A DNA stretch of 49,726 bases, from NCBI GenBank assembly GCA_937863565.1, contig CALMGJ010000030.1, positions 62,001-111,726 of the forward strand. The letters run 5' to 3'. A program made the translations under genes and the position numbers. Source of the DNA: an uncultured bacterium. Its GTDB lineage: Bacteria > AUK180. This document shows positions 9,870-18,745 of the stretch, piece after piece. The notes under the pieces are model-generated. The model had not been told where the DNA came from, did no database searches, and saw only the letters and a program-made list of their open reading frames with translations. The stretch's first letter is position 1. Each line of letters begins with the position of its first letter.

Positions 9870-10889
9870 CTACCTCCACTGTTTGAACTTATCGGAAAGT
9901 ATTCGGGAAATAAGATCCGAAAAATGACTCAGGAAGTCAATATTGTATTCGTAGTACATTGCCTTTGGTCCGAGTATTCCGAGTAGGCCGAGTACATCCT
10001 CGTGAATCTTGACGGGCGCCGTTATTATCGAAATATCTTTGAATTGCGCGTTCCCGGTCTCATTGCCTATAAGCACGTTGGGAGTGCTGATCTCAGAAAG
10101 TTTGAAAACGAGGCTTTTGATATTCTCGCTTACGGCGGGACTGCCAAGGTCTAAAGCAGCGCCGGTAATAGGCTCGATGTGGACCTTCTGAAATTCCGAG
10201 ATCACGATCGAGAGTTTTCCCAAAACGGAATTGATAAGTTCCTGGTACTGAAGAAGTTCGCCCTTAAGCGAATCGAGTTCGGTCTTGAAAGACATCTCCA
10301 TCTCAGGAAGAGTTTTGCCGCCGGCGAATTCATTGATGAAATTCTCGATCATCCTGAGAAGTTTTTTATCGGGGTCGAACTCCATTACGAAGAATATCTT
10401 GTCCATAACGATCCCGGAAGAGAGGAAGATCAGCGCAAGGATCTGATTCTTTGCAATTTTACTCAAGTGGATGCTTTTAATGATCTGGCTGTTTATCGTG
10501 ATGCCGAGCGAAAATGACATTTCGCTCGTGAACTTTGATATCATCTTTGATGCAGCGACCATGATGTTATCCACATCCGTTATCTTATCCGACAGCTCCG
10601 TTTTCAAATTCTCAAGCTCGATCTCTATATACTTGTTCAATACCAAAAGATGGTCCACATATGTCCTGAACGCGAGGTCCGTAGGTATCCTTCCCGATGC
10701 GGAGTGTTCTTTAAAAAGATATCCCTCGTCCTCCAGCCGTGCAAAGACGCCCCTCAAAGTGGCTGAAGAATGGTCCAGATTGTACCTTTCCTTAAGATGA
10801 GCGGAACTGATCGGCTTTTTGCAGCGGCAGTATTCCTTCACCAGTATCTTAAGGATGAACAATTCGCGTTCGCTGAGTTTATGTGCCAT
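9870..10889 (-). CDS. hrcA: Heat-inducible transcription repressor HrcA
   Basis: PISS...SSATLR...LEDEGYL.KEHSASGRIPTD..FRTYVD; C-terminal GLLGILGPKAMYY. Confidence 0.95.
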   Translation of the reverse strand: MAHKLSERELFILKILVKEYCRCKKPISSAHLKERYNLDHSSATLRGVFARLEDEGYLFKEHSASGRIPTDLAFRTYVDHLLVLNKYIEIELENLKTELSDKITDVDNIMVAASKMISKFTSEMSFSLGITINSQIIKSIHLSKIAKNQILALIFLSSGIVMDKIFFVMEFDPDKKLLRMIENFINEFAGGKTLPEMEMSFKTELDSLKGELLQYQELINSVLGKLSIVISEFQKVHIEPITGAALDLGSPAVSENIKSLVFKLSEISTPNVLIGNETGNAQFKDISIITAPVKIHEDVLGLLGILGPKAMYYEYNIDFLSHFSDLISRILSDKFKQWR

Positions 10890-10895
10890 AATGAT

Positions 10896-10923
10896 ATTTT
10901 ATTGATTTTTCAATAAAATTCAA
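10896..10923 (-). promoter_or_regulatory. hrcA promoter (probably leaderless) overlapped by a 10-4-10 inverted repeat
   Basis: Minus strand TTGAAT-N16-TAAAAT-N6-ATG; plus strand ATTTTATTGA-tttt-TCAATAAAAT at 10896-10919. Confidence 0.6.
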
Positions 10924-11025
10924 GCGCGGCAACACAAGCTGAGGGCTGTTCCGATTGAATTTTTGTCAATTAATGCTATAATAGATCATATGGGGCCTGT
11001 CAACGGTTGCCATGAAGGAGGCCAA

Positions 11026-12426
11026 ATGAAGAGAAATGGAAAGATCATCATGTTGCTATTGTCAATGCTGTGCGTATCCGTGTTTGGCGCTGATATTGAA
11101 AAGGAAATGTGGAAAGGCGTATTGAAAGCCGGCGCGATGGAACTCCGGCTTGTATTCCACGTATATGAAACGGAGGACGGGTCTCTGCGTGCCGAAATGG
11201 ATTCCGTCGATCAGGGGGCATACGGCCTTCCGGCTGAAAAGTTGGTGCTCAAGGACGGCCATTATGAATTCTATTTCGATAAGATGAAAGCTTCATATAT
11301 TGGCGATCTCGATCCCGATTCGGGAACGATAAAAGGTAAATTCGCTCAATCCGGTCTTTCTTTCGAGATGGACCTGGAACGCATTTCCGAGAAAATAGAG
11401 ATAAAAAGACCGCAGGAACCGAAACCCCCGTTCCCATATGAAGAAGAGGAAGTTTCCTATGTGAACAAGATCGACGGCAATACTCTTGCCGGCACTCTGA
11501 CATTCCCTTCCAAAGAAGGTAAATTCCCCGCTGTGATCCTGATCACGGGTTCCGGCACTCAGAACCGCAATGAGGAGATCTTTAATCATAAACCTTTCCT
11601 TGTGATCGCGGACCGTTTGTCAAGGAACGGCTTTGCCGTCTTAAGGGTAGATGACCGCGGAGCGGGCGGTTCTTCCGCTTTAGGTCTGGAAACCTCCACA
11701 TCGGAGAATTATTCCCTGGATGTACTTGCCGGCGTCGAATTTCTTAAGAGTCATCCCAATATTGATGCTGCTAAGATAGGCCTGATCGGGCACAGCGAAG
11801 GGGGGCTTATCGCGCCAATGGTCTATGCGGCAGCCCCGGATGATATTGCCTTCATGGTCCTTCTTGCAGGGCCCGGCGTTACGGGGAAGGATGTGATAAC
11901 GGCTCAGAAAAAACTTATCATGGAAGCGATGGGCGTAGATAAAAAGAGCATTAAAGCATCGTTTAAGGCGGATAAAAAAGTATACAAGATCATTTTCTCT
12001 AAAGATACTATCGAAGAGAAAAGAGCTAAGGTGAGAAAGCTCATCATAAGATATGCCAAGAAAGAAGGCCAGAAATTGAAAGAAGAGGAGCTTGAGGCCA
12101 AGGTCAGGACACTCACTATCGACTGGATGCTTTTTTTCCTGGCTTATGATCCTCGTCCCACCCTGAAGAAGGTATTATGCCCCGTACTCTCGATGAACGG
12201 GAAGCTCGATCTTCAAGTGCCTTATGAAGAGAATCTTGCAGAAATAGGGAAAGCGCTTGATGCTGCGGGCAATAAGAATCATACGGAAAAGGCCTTCGAA
12301 AAACTCAATCATCTATTCCAACACTGTGAAACGGGCCTTATTTCCGAGTACGGGGTCATCGAAGAGACCTTCGCTCCCGAAGCGCTCGATTTCATGACGG
12401 ACTGGCTTAAGGAGACCGTTAAATAG
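11026..12426 (+). CDS. Exported alpha/beta hydrolase (S9/S15-like); start reassigned to ATG 11026
   Basis: GHSEGG nucleophile elbow, DLQV and LNHLFQ catalytic motifs, signal peptide, GGAGG RBS before 11026. Confidence 0.9.
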   Translation: MKRNGKIIMLLLSMLCVSVFGADIEKEMWKGVLKAGAMELRLVFHVYETEDGSLRAEMDSVDQGAYGLPAEKLVLKDGHYEFYFDKMKASYIGDLDPDSGTIKGKFAQSGLSFEMDLERISEKIEIKRPQEPKPPFPYEEEEVSYVNKIDGNTLAGTLTFPSKEGKFPAVILITGSGTQNRNEEIFNHKPFLVIADRLSRNGFAVLRVDDRGAGGSSALGLETSTSENYSLDVLAGVEFLKSHPNIDAAKIGLIGHSEGGLIAPMVYAAAPDDIAFMVLLAGPGVTGKDVITAQKKLIMEAMGVDKKSIKASFKADKKVYKIIFSKDTIEEKRAKVRKLIIRYAKKEGQKLKEEELEAKVRTLTIDWMLFFLAYDPRPTLKKVLCPVLSMNGKLDLQVPYEENLAEIGKALDAAGNKNHTEKAFEKLNHLFQHCETGLISEYGVIEETFAPEALDFMTDWLKETVK

Positions 12427-12436
12427 GTAAATTCGC

Positions 12437-13375
12437 TTGCTGAAAGGGAACAGGAGCTTCAGGCGTTTCATTATAAATCCTCACGCCGGTAAGATAAGAG
12501 GCAAGAAAAAACTTGATAGATTCTTAAAGACGATAAAGGACCATTTCGATCCGGACACGACGACCATCGAGTTCACAAAAGGGCGTTTCCATGCAACTGA
12601 AATTACGGCGCGCGCTGTCAGGGACGGTATTGATACGGTTTTCTCCGTGGGGGGCGACGGTACTCATAATGAGGTGATACACGGCATTAATAAGGACCAT
12701 ATCGTTCTGGGTCTTATTCCTGCAGGTTCAGGTAATGATTTTGTTCTCGGGCTTAGACTTCCTAAAGACCCTCATAAATGCCTTGTGAAAATGAAGGAGT
12801 ACACTGCGCGACAGGTCGATCTCGGAAAAGTGAACGAACACAGTTTCCTCAACGTGATGGGTTGCGGCATTGATGCCGATGTGATTCATCTGCTCGAAGG
12901 CGGGCGAAATTATGCCTCGGGATTCTATCATGCTCTAAAAATCCACCGCCCTAAAAAACTGAAACTCACCATCGACGGCAGAGAATATTTGTACGAGAAC
13001 GCAGTGATCGCAGCTGTTGCCAACGGTCTTTTTTTCGGGAACGGGATGATGATCTCTCCGCATTCCAAATTGAACGACGGTCTTTTAAATATCATCGTTG
13101 TGCACGATATTAAGAAGATCCAGCTTGCATACCTGTTCCCGCTTCTTTACATAGGCCAGCATATAAAGTTAAAGAAGTGGGTAACCGAATACAAGGGCAG
13201 CAATATTGTCATCGAACCGGACCGGCCTACGGCTTTCCAGCGGGACGGCGAACTCTTTGAGGCCTCGAAGGTAGAGATATCGGTAATAAAGAACTTCCTC
13301 AATGTGCTTGTTCCGGATATTCATAACGGGAAGAACAGCATTTTCATTCCCGGTCCGCGATCGGAAGAGATATAA
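12437..13375 (+). CDS. Diacylglycerol/lipid kinase family protein (YegS/DgkB-like)
   Basis: IINPHAG, GGDGT..EV, IPAGSGNDF, NG.FFGNG and DGE motifs. Confidence 0.92.
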   Translation: MLKGNRSFRRFIINPHAGKIRGKKKLDRFLKTIKDHFDPDTTTIEFTKGRFHATEITARAVRDGIDTVFSVGGDGTHNEVIHGINKDHIVLGLIPAGSGNDFVLGLRLPKDPHKCLVKMKEYTARQVDLGKVNEHSFLNVMGCGIDADVIHLLEGGRNYASGFYHALKIHRPKKLKLTIDGREYLYENAVIAAVANGLFFGNGMMISPHSKLNDGLLNIIVVHDIKKIQLAYLFPLLYIGQHIKLKKWVTEYKGSNIVIEPDRPTAFQRDGELFEASKVEISVIKNFLNVLVPDIHNGKNSIFIPGPRSEEI

Positions 13376-13452
13376 GAAAATAAAGAGAAAGGTACTGTGT
13401 TCCGTTTAATGCCCTGAAAAACGGTTAACTTTTTTAAAAAATCCGGAAATTA

Positions 13453-13736
13453 TCGGGAAAAGTAAAAAAATCCGTATTTTTTATTGAAAATCGTCACCCC
13501 AAAAAACTGCGCCCCGAAAAAGTTAATAAAAAATTTCAGGGTCTCAGTACCGGGATCTCAAACCGGCAAGGAATCCCCGGAAAGTTAAACAAAAATTCAA
13601 GTATCGCGTTTTTATATTAAATAAAATTAGCGGAAATTCGCGGAAAAAAAATCGAGCATCCATTTTAAGTTATAACATTGAAAAAAAAATAATAATTTTT
13701 CATAACGATTATCCTGTTATATTGGGGAAAAGTATA
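13453..13736. repeat. Dispersed imperfect repeats (consensus about GGRAAAGTWAA) in an AT-rich intergenic region
   Basis: AGT cores at 13461, 13521, 13583, 13668 and 13731; best pair CCCCGAAAAAGTTAATAAAAAATTTC and CCCCGGAAAGTTAAACAAAAATTC. Confidence 0.5.
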
Positions 13737-13811
13737 TTGCTGCAAGATACCGGGTAAGAAAACATGGAAACGGGATATTGAAAAAAAGATGAAAAAATGA
13801 TACACAAATAA

Positions 13812-13937
13812 TATCCCGAGCTTTAAGCCCTAAAGCTGAACCGCCTTGAGGCCGGAGAGCTGAAGGCGGGCCATGGACTTGAAGCCGATAGGGGTAGCGG
13901 GGGAAACCCCTTACCCTCCCGTGCTTGGAAAGGGATA
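13812..13937 (+). ncRNA. Moco RNA motif riboswitch, P3-less (tungsten-cofactor-associated, Tuco/Wco-type) variant
   Basis: P1 TATCCC/GGGATA; P2 GCTTTAAG/CTTGAAGC enclosing CCTAAAG...CATGG (tetraloop-receptor-like); no P3; P4 GGGGTA/TACCCT capped by GGGG-GAAA-CCCC; P5 and 3' signature CTCCCGTGCTTGGAAAGG, against CTCCCGTATTTGGAAAGG recalled for the E. coli moaA leader. Confidence 0.88.
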
Positions 13938-13986
13938 CCTCAACGGAATCTCCCGGGTTCCAGGCTTTTATTCACAGGAGTGCTTT

Positions 13987-15918
13987 ATGATGAAAAGAAC
14001 GCTTGGGTTCTTCATGGTTTTTCTTATGCTCTCGCTCGCGGTATCTGCCGAGGACCTCTACATGGAGCCGGATGAGGTATACGATCTCGGAGTGATCGTC
14101 ATTTCCAATGATCAATGGAAGAATGTAGAAACGATAAGGTCCGAGGAGATCAGAAAGGGGAATCTCAACGATTTTCAGGACCTTCTTTCCATGGTGCCCG
14201 GAGTGAATTTCTCGATCGGAACAAAGGGCGAAGTATCGATCTTCATCCGCGGACTTGATAAATCCAAGATCAAGGTGATCATTGACGGCGTTCCCGTGAA
14301 CGACGCTTACTATGATACTACCGATACCGGCATGATCCCGGTCCATAATATAGAGAAGATAGAGATATACAAAGGCATCAATGCCGTCTCTTTCGGAAGC
14401 AATGCCCTGGGCGGAGTGATCAATATCGTAACAAAGAGGGACCCCGAAGGGCTCACGTTTAATCTTCAAAAGGGCACTTTCGCAGACAGGTTCTCCGCGG
14501 AGATGACCATGGGTTTCGGTTATTTCTTCGCTTCGGGGAGTTTCAATTCGGTCTATTCCAACGGATTCAAATTCGGGGGAAAGGAATCCGAGAATGATAT
14601 GGCCTTCGAAGACCTTCTTCCCGGGGAAGATGTCCTGCCGAACAGCTCTTCCGTCAAGAACGATCTTATGCTGAAAACGGGTTTTCTTTTCTCTGCGTTC
14701 GACAGCATCGTCTTCACGATGAATCTTATGAACAATAAAAGGGACCTTCCGTACCACATCTATGCCACGAAATCGGAAACCGCTTCCAGGATGTTCAGGG
14801 ACCCGAGATACTGGAGATTCCCGGTGTGGGATCAGGATGTTTTCTCGCTGGCCCTTAACAAACTGTTCATGGACAGGACGAAGCTCACCGTGACCACGGC
14901 CCATCTCAAGATATACAATCAGCTGGACATGTACATAGACAGAGAATTCACGGAGCTCGGGGAAACGGACATCTTCGACGATTACGTGAACAGCCTCAAT
15001 GTCATCGTTGAGGACGTATCATGGCTGAACCTCAAGCTCGGCTATATCTTCGAAGAGAAATATCATAAGAAAACGGCCGATATGTTCGCCTATGACGACT
15101 ATGAGGAGGAGGAGTTCACCTCCGTTTTCCACAATCTGTTCCTGATGGCCGAGAAGACGATCTCATTTTTAACGCTGAACGCGCAGATCTCTTCCAATAA
15201 GTTCATCTACGATGTGAGCGAGTGGAGCGACCTGAACTACTATATGAAAGCGAGCGGGCGTTTTATGGGGACGTTGCTGGCTCAGGTGCAGTACGGGCAC
15301 AAAACACAGTTCCCCGCCCTGAACCGTCTCGCCGATTCATTCTCAGCCGCGCTCGAACCGGAGAAATCGAACGAGGCGGACATTTCCGTGACATTCAACA
15401 AAGGAGGCCTGGGACTGAAGCTCTCATATTTCGCAAATGACGTTTTTGACCTCATTCACAGGGACGATAAGAGTCTTCCTTACTACAATATCGGGAAAGT
15501 GGCCTTCAGCGGCTTTGAAGCTGCGGTGAACTGGCAGTTCAGGATATTCTCGGCAGGACTTTCATATGAGGCGATCAAGGGAGTGAACGAAAGCGAGGAA
15601 GGCACATACGGGTCTTATATGACGGATATGCCTTATATACCGGTCAGCAAACTCGGCCTCAGGCTCGGTGTCAAGCTCTTCGGAATGGCCGATCTTACCT
15701 ATGAACTTTATCTGGCAGGCAAAAGTTACGAATACATCTCCGACGAGAGGATCGAAGTTCCATCCTACAGCCTTTCCAATGTTAACATAAATGTGGATCT
15801 TGCTCCGGTAAGAGTATTCATGAGGATCAATAATCTTCTTGATGCCTTCTACTACACGGAATACGGTTATCCGCAGCCGGGAAGGGAAGTAGTGTTCGGC
15901 TTGGAATTCGCAAAATAG
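13987..15918 (+). CDS. TonB-dependent outer-membrane receptor (start reassigned to ATG 13987)
   Basis: Signal peptide, TonB-box-like YDLGVIVIS, plug motifs IFIRG...IIDGVPV...IEKIEIYKG...FGSNALGGVINIVTK, C-terminal NNLLD..Y...PGREVVFGLEF; AGGAG RBS at 13976-13980. Confidence 0.95.
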   Translation: MMKRTLGFFMVFLMLSLAVSAEDLYMEPDEVYDLGVIVISNDQWKNVETIRSEEIRKGNLNDFQDLLSMVPGVNFSIGTKGEVSIFIRGLDKSKIKVIIDGVPVNDAYYDTTDTGMIPVHNIEKIEIYKGINAVSFGSNALGGVINIVTKRDPEGLTFNLQKGTFADRFSAEMTMGFGYFFASGSFNSVYSNGFKFGGKESENDMAFEDLLPGEDVLPNSSSVKNDLMLKTGFLFSAFDSIVFTMNLMNNKRDLPYHIYATKSETASRMFRDPRYWRFPVWDQDVFSLALNKLFMDRTKLTVTTAHLKIYNQLDMYIDREFTELGETDIFDDYVNSLNVIVEDVSWLNLKLGYIFEEKYHKKTADMFAYDDYEEEEFTSVFHNLFLMAEKTISFLTLNAQISSNKFIYDVSEWSDLNYYMKASGRFMGTLLAQVQYGHKTQFPALNRLADSFSAALEPEKSNEADISVTFNKGGLGLKLSYFANDVFDLIHRDDKSLPYYNIGKVAFSGFEAAVNWQFRIFSAGLSYEAIKGVNESEEGTYGSYMTDMPYIPVSKLGLRLGVKLFGMADLTYELYLAGKSYEYISDERIEVPSYSLSNVNINVDLAPVRVFMRINNLLDAFYYTEYGYPQPGREVVFGLEFAK

Positions 15919-16052
15919 CACATTACCCGGGAACGGGGCGCTCAGGAACGCGACGGGAACCGGATTTTTTTCCGGGGCAGTGAATGCAGTAAACTCCCTT
16001 ATTTCCTTTTCTGTTCATAAAAAAATGCGGTTCTCTCACTGTGGCGCAGGAT

Positions 16053-16081
16053 TTGACTTTTAGAGCCTTTTTTGATAAAAT
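16053..16081 (+). promoter_or_regulatory. Sigma70-type promoter of the oxidoreductase-acd-etfBA-smc gene run
   Basis: TTGACT-N17-TAAAAT with extended TG, then an AGGAG RBS. Confidence 0.7.
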
Positions 16082-16106
16082 AACTAATACTTATTAGGAG
16101 TTTATT

Positions 16107-16754
16107 TTGAACGAACGACTCATAACCGACGGGGATCGCGAAGTCCTGAAAAAGGAATTCGAAACGATCTCGAACGATGTGGACATAAAGCTTGTCCCTT
16201 CTCCGGATAAGAACGACGAATATTCGGCTTTCACTTTAGGGTTCCTTTCGGAACTTGCCGAATTGAATCCGCGTATAAAACTGGAAGTAAATGCGCACGA
16301 TTCCGAGCTCGCCGGTAAAGAGAATATCAGCTCGTATCCGTATATCCTGCTCGGTTATGACAAAGGGTTTCATATAGAGTTCATGGGTTCCCCTGCGGGC
16401 TACGAGGCCCGGACACTAATAGACGATATCATAATGCTGGGAACGGGGGAGAGCGGACTTTCAACTTCCGCGAAGGGCAAGATAAAGGAAGTGCTGAGAA
16501 AAAGCACGATGCACGTATTCGTAACTCCGCAGTGCCCGTATTGTCCGGGTGCCGTAAAGCTTGCTCATGCTTTCGCTTTTGAGAACAAGCTGATCAGGGG
16601 TATCTGCGTAGAAGCAACGGAAAATGCCGAGATTTCGGACCGTTTCAATGTCTCTTCCGTACCGCAAACCGTTCTGAACGAAAGCCAGAAGCATATCTAT
16701 ATCGGCGCGCAGCCCGAGATGAAAATGGTTTCGGAATTGCTTTCTTATTTATAA
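16107..16754 (+). CDS. Protein disulfide oxidoreductase (AhpF N-terminal domain/PDO-like)
   Basis: FMGSPAGYE, FVTPQCPYCP.AV, SSVPQT; the first thioredoxin fold lacks CxxC. Confidence 0.88.
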   Translation: MNERLITDGDREVLKKEFETISNDVDIKLVPSPDKNDEYSAFTLGFLSELAELNPRIKLEVNAHDSELAGKENISSYPYILLGYDKGFHIEFMGSPAGYEARTLIDDIIMLGTGESGLSTSAKGKIKEVLRKSTMHVFVTPQCPYCPGAVKLAHAFAFENKLIRGICVEATENAEISDRFNVSSVPQTVLNESQKHIYIGAQPEMKMVSELLSYL

Positions 16755-16772
16755 TGATGTTGGGGGAAGAAT

Positions 16773-17945
16773 ATGATGAGCAGTAAATATGATCTTACTG
16801 ACGAACAAAAAGAACTTGTAGCGATCGCAAGGGAGATCGCAGAAAAAAAGATCAAGCCGATAAGAGCGGAACTTGATGAGACCCAGGAATTCCCTTATGA
16901 TATTGTGAAGATCTTCGGCCAGTCGGATCTGTACAGGGTGTTCGTACCTTCCGAGTACGAGGGACTGGGTATGGGTGTTTATGAAAGTTCCCTGATCACC
17001 GAAGAACTCTCAAGGGTCTGCGGAGGCATCGCTTTGGCATATGCGGGCAGCCTGTTGGGTACCTTTCCGATACTCCTTTTCGGCAATGAGGAGCAAAAGA
17101 AAAGATTCCTGCCTCCGATCGCCAGCGGAGAGAAGCTTGCCGCTTTCTGCCTTACCGAACCTGAGGCCGGCTCTGACGCTTCCAATGTGAGAACGACAGC
17201 GAAGAAAGAAGGCGATTATTATATCCTCAACGGTACTAAGCAGTGGATCACGAACGGCGGAGTGGCAGGCCTCTACTCGGTTTTTGCAAATATCGACATT
17301 TCAAGGGGCATTCGCGGAATAACGGCTTTTGTCGTTGACAGGGACACTCCGGGATTCTCGATAGGCAAGAAAGAGAATAAACTCGGCATCAGGGCTTCGA
17401 ACACGACTGAGCTGATCTTCAATAACTGCAAGGTCCCCGCAGCGAACATGCTCGCAAAAGAAGGCCAGGGTTTCAAAGTGGCGATGAAAACCTTCGATAT
17501 GTCGCGCCCCGGCGTGGCAGCGCAGGCTCTGGGCATTGCTCAGGGCGCTTACGAAGAAGCTTTGAAATACGCACATGAAAGAAAACAGTTCGGGCAGACG
17601 ATCTATTCCTTCCAAGCTGTCCGCTTTATGATCGCTGATATGGCGATGAAGATAGAAGCTGCCAGAGCCCTCGTTTATCAATCGGCCAAACTCGCTGATG
17701 CCAAGGACCCCGATTCCGGCCCTTATTCCGCGATGGCGAAAGCATTCGCTTCCGATGTGGCCATGGAAGTGACGGTGAACGCCGTACAAGTGCTTGCCGG
17801 CTACGGATATATGAAGGAATACCCCGTCGAAAAGATGATGCGGGATGCGAAGATCACTCAGATATACGAAGGGACCAATCAGATCCAGAGAGAGGTCATC
17901 GCAACGCATCTTACGAAGGAACTGTCGAGGCTGGAAAAGAAATGA
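16773..17945 (+). CDS. Acyl-CoA dehydrogenase (butyryl-CoA dehydrogenase-like)
   Basis: [50 protein letters not shown]. Confidence 0.96.
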   Translation: MMSSKYDLTDEQKELVAIAREIAEKKIKPIRAELDETQEFPYDIVKIFGQSDLYRVFVPSEYEGLGMGVYESSLITEELSRVCGGIALAYAGSLLGTFPILLFGNEEQKKRFLPPIASGEKLAAFCLTEPEAGSDASNVRTTAKKEGDYYILNGTKQWITNGGVAGLYSVFANIDISRGIRGITAFVVDRDTPGFSIGKKENKLGIRASNTTELIFNNCKVPAANMLAKEGQGFKVAMKTFDMSRPGVAAQALGIAQGAYEEALKYAHERKQFGQTIYSFQAVRFMIADMAMKIEAARALVYQSAKLADAKDPDSGPYSAMAKAFASDVAMEVTVNAVQVLAGYGYMKEYPVEKMMRDAKITQIYEGTNQIQREVIATHLTKELSRLEKK

Positions 17946-18736
17946 AGAAGGTCATTGTTTTCATAAAGCAGGTTCCCGATACTTCGGAACTTAAGATAGA
18001 CCCCGTCACAAATACGATGATACGCGAGGGTGTGCCCTCGATCATCAATCCTTTCGATATGTATGCCATCGAAGAGGCGGTGAGGATCAAAGAGAAATGG
18101 GGCGATACCGAGGTCACGGTCATTACGATGGGCCCTCCTCAGGCCGATGCCGCCCTCAGAGAGGCCATCTCTATGGGATGCGACAATGCAGTGCTCCTTT
18201 CAGACAGGAAATTCGCCGCTTCGGATACCTGGGCGACGTCCTATGTCCTTTCGAAAGCCGTAGGAAAGATCGGAGAATACGATGTGCTCCTCGCCGGTAA
18301 ACAGGCAACTGACGGCGACACGGCGCAGGTCGGTCCCGGCATCGCCACGTGGCTCGGGATCCCGTGTATCACATATGTCAACAATATCGAGGAGATAAAA
18401 CCGGGATATGTAAAACTTCACAGAATGCACGACGAGGGGTACGATGTCATAGAGATCGAGGGTAAGTTCCTTCTTACGGTACTGAAGGAATTGAACGAAC
18501 CCCGCATCGCATCATTCAGGGGAAAGATGAACGCTAAAAAGGCCGAGATCCCGGTGTGGACGGCCGAAGATATAGGCGCCGATCCCGCTAAAATAGGGTT
18601 CATGGGCTCTCCTACGAGGGTCGTGAAAGCTTTCTCCCCGCCGGTCAAACAAGGCGGGATAAAGATCTCCGCGGAAGAAGATCCTTCCGTTCCAGAGAAA
18701 CTGAAAAGTTATCTCAGGGAAAAACTTATCATCTAG
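17942..18736 (+). CDS. etfB: Electron transfer flavoprotein beta subunit
   Basis: KQVPD, NPFD, SDTWAT, GKQATDGDTAQVG, NEPR, GSPT. Confidence 0.97.
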   Translation: MKKVIVFIKQVPDTSELKIDPVTNTMIREGVPSIINPFDMYAIEEAVRIKEKWGDTEVTVITMGPPQADAALREAISMGCDNAVLLSDRKFAASDTWATSYVLSKAVGKIGEYDVLLAGKQATDGDTAQVGPGIATWLGIPCITYVNNIEEIKPGYVKLHRMHDEGYDVIEIEGKFLLTVLKELNEPRIASFRGKMNAKKAEIPVWTAEDIGADPAKIGFMGSPTRVVKAFSPPVKQGGIKISAEEDPSVPEKLKSYLREKLII

Positions 18737-18745
18737 GGGGCGGAG

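Noticed and set aside
10890-11025. CIRCE element upstream of hrcA
   Set aside because: No TTAGCACTC-N9-GAGTGCTAA or close variant on either strand.
13695-13722. Possible dif site (ATTTTTCATAA-CGATTA-TCCTGTTATAT) or ModE half-site (CATAACGAT)
   Set aside because: The XerD arm lacks the conserved TTATG, and there is no properly spaced second ModE half-site.
13376-13810. Canonical oriC
   Set aside because: No TTATCCACA-type DnaA boxes were found and no dnaA/dnaN genes are nearby; kept only as an unexplained repeat region.
13812-13937. Cobalamin or c-di-AMP riboswitch as the leader of the TonB receptor
   Set aside because: No B12 box or GGGAA...AATCC...GCCCCCGCAACTGT-type core and no ydaO signatures; the sequence instead matches the Moco motif element by element.
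13873-13986. ORF-track N-terminal extension of the TonB receptor (MDLKPIG...)
   Set aside because: It runs through the riboswitch; the RBS and signal peptide point to ATG 13987 or 13990.
15919-16052. Structured RNA or terminator after the TonB receptor (three GGAAC copies, CCGGA-T-rich loop-TCCGG hairpin)
   Set aside because: Short stem without a following U-tract and no recognisable family; insufficient support.
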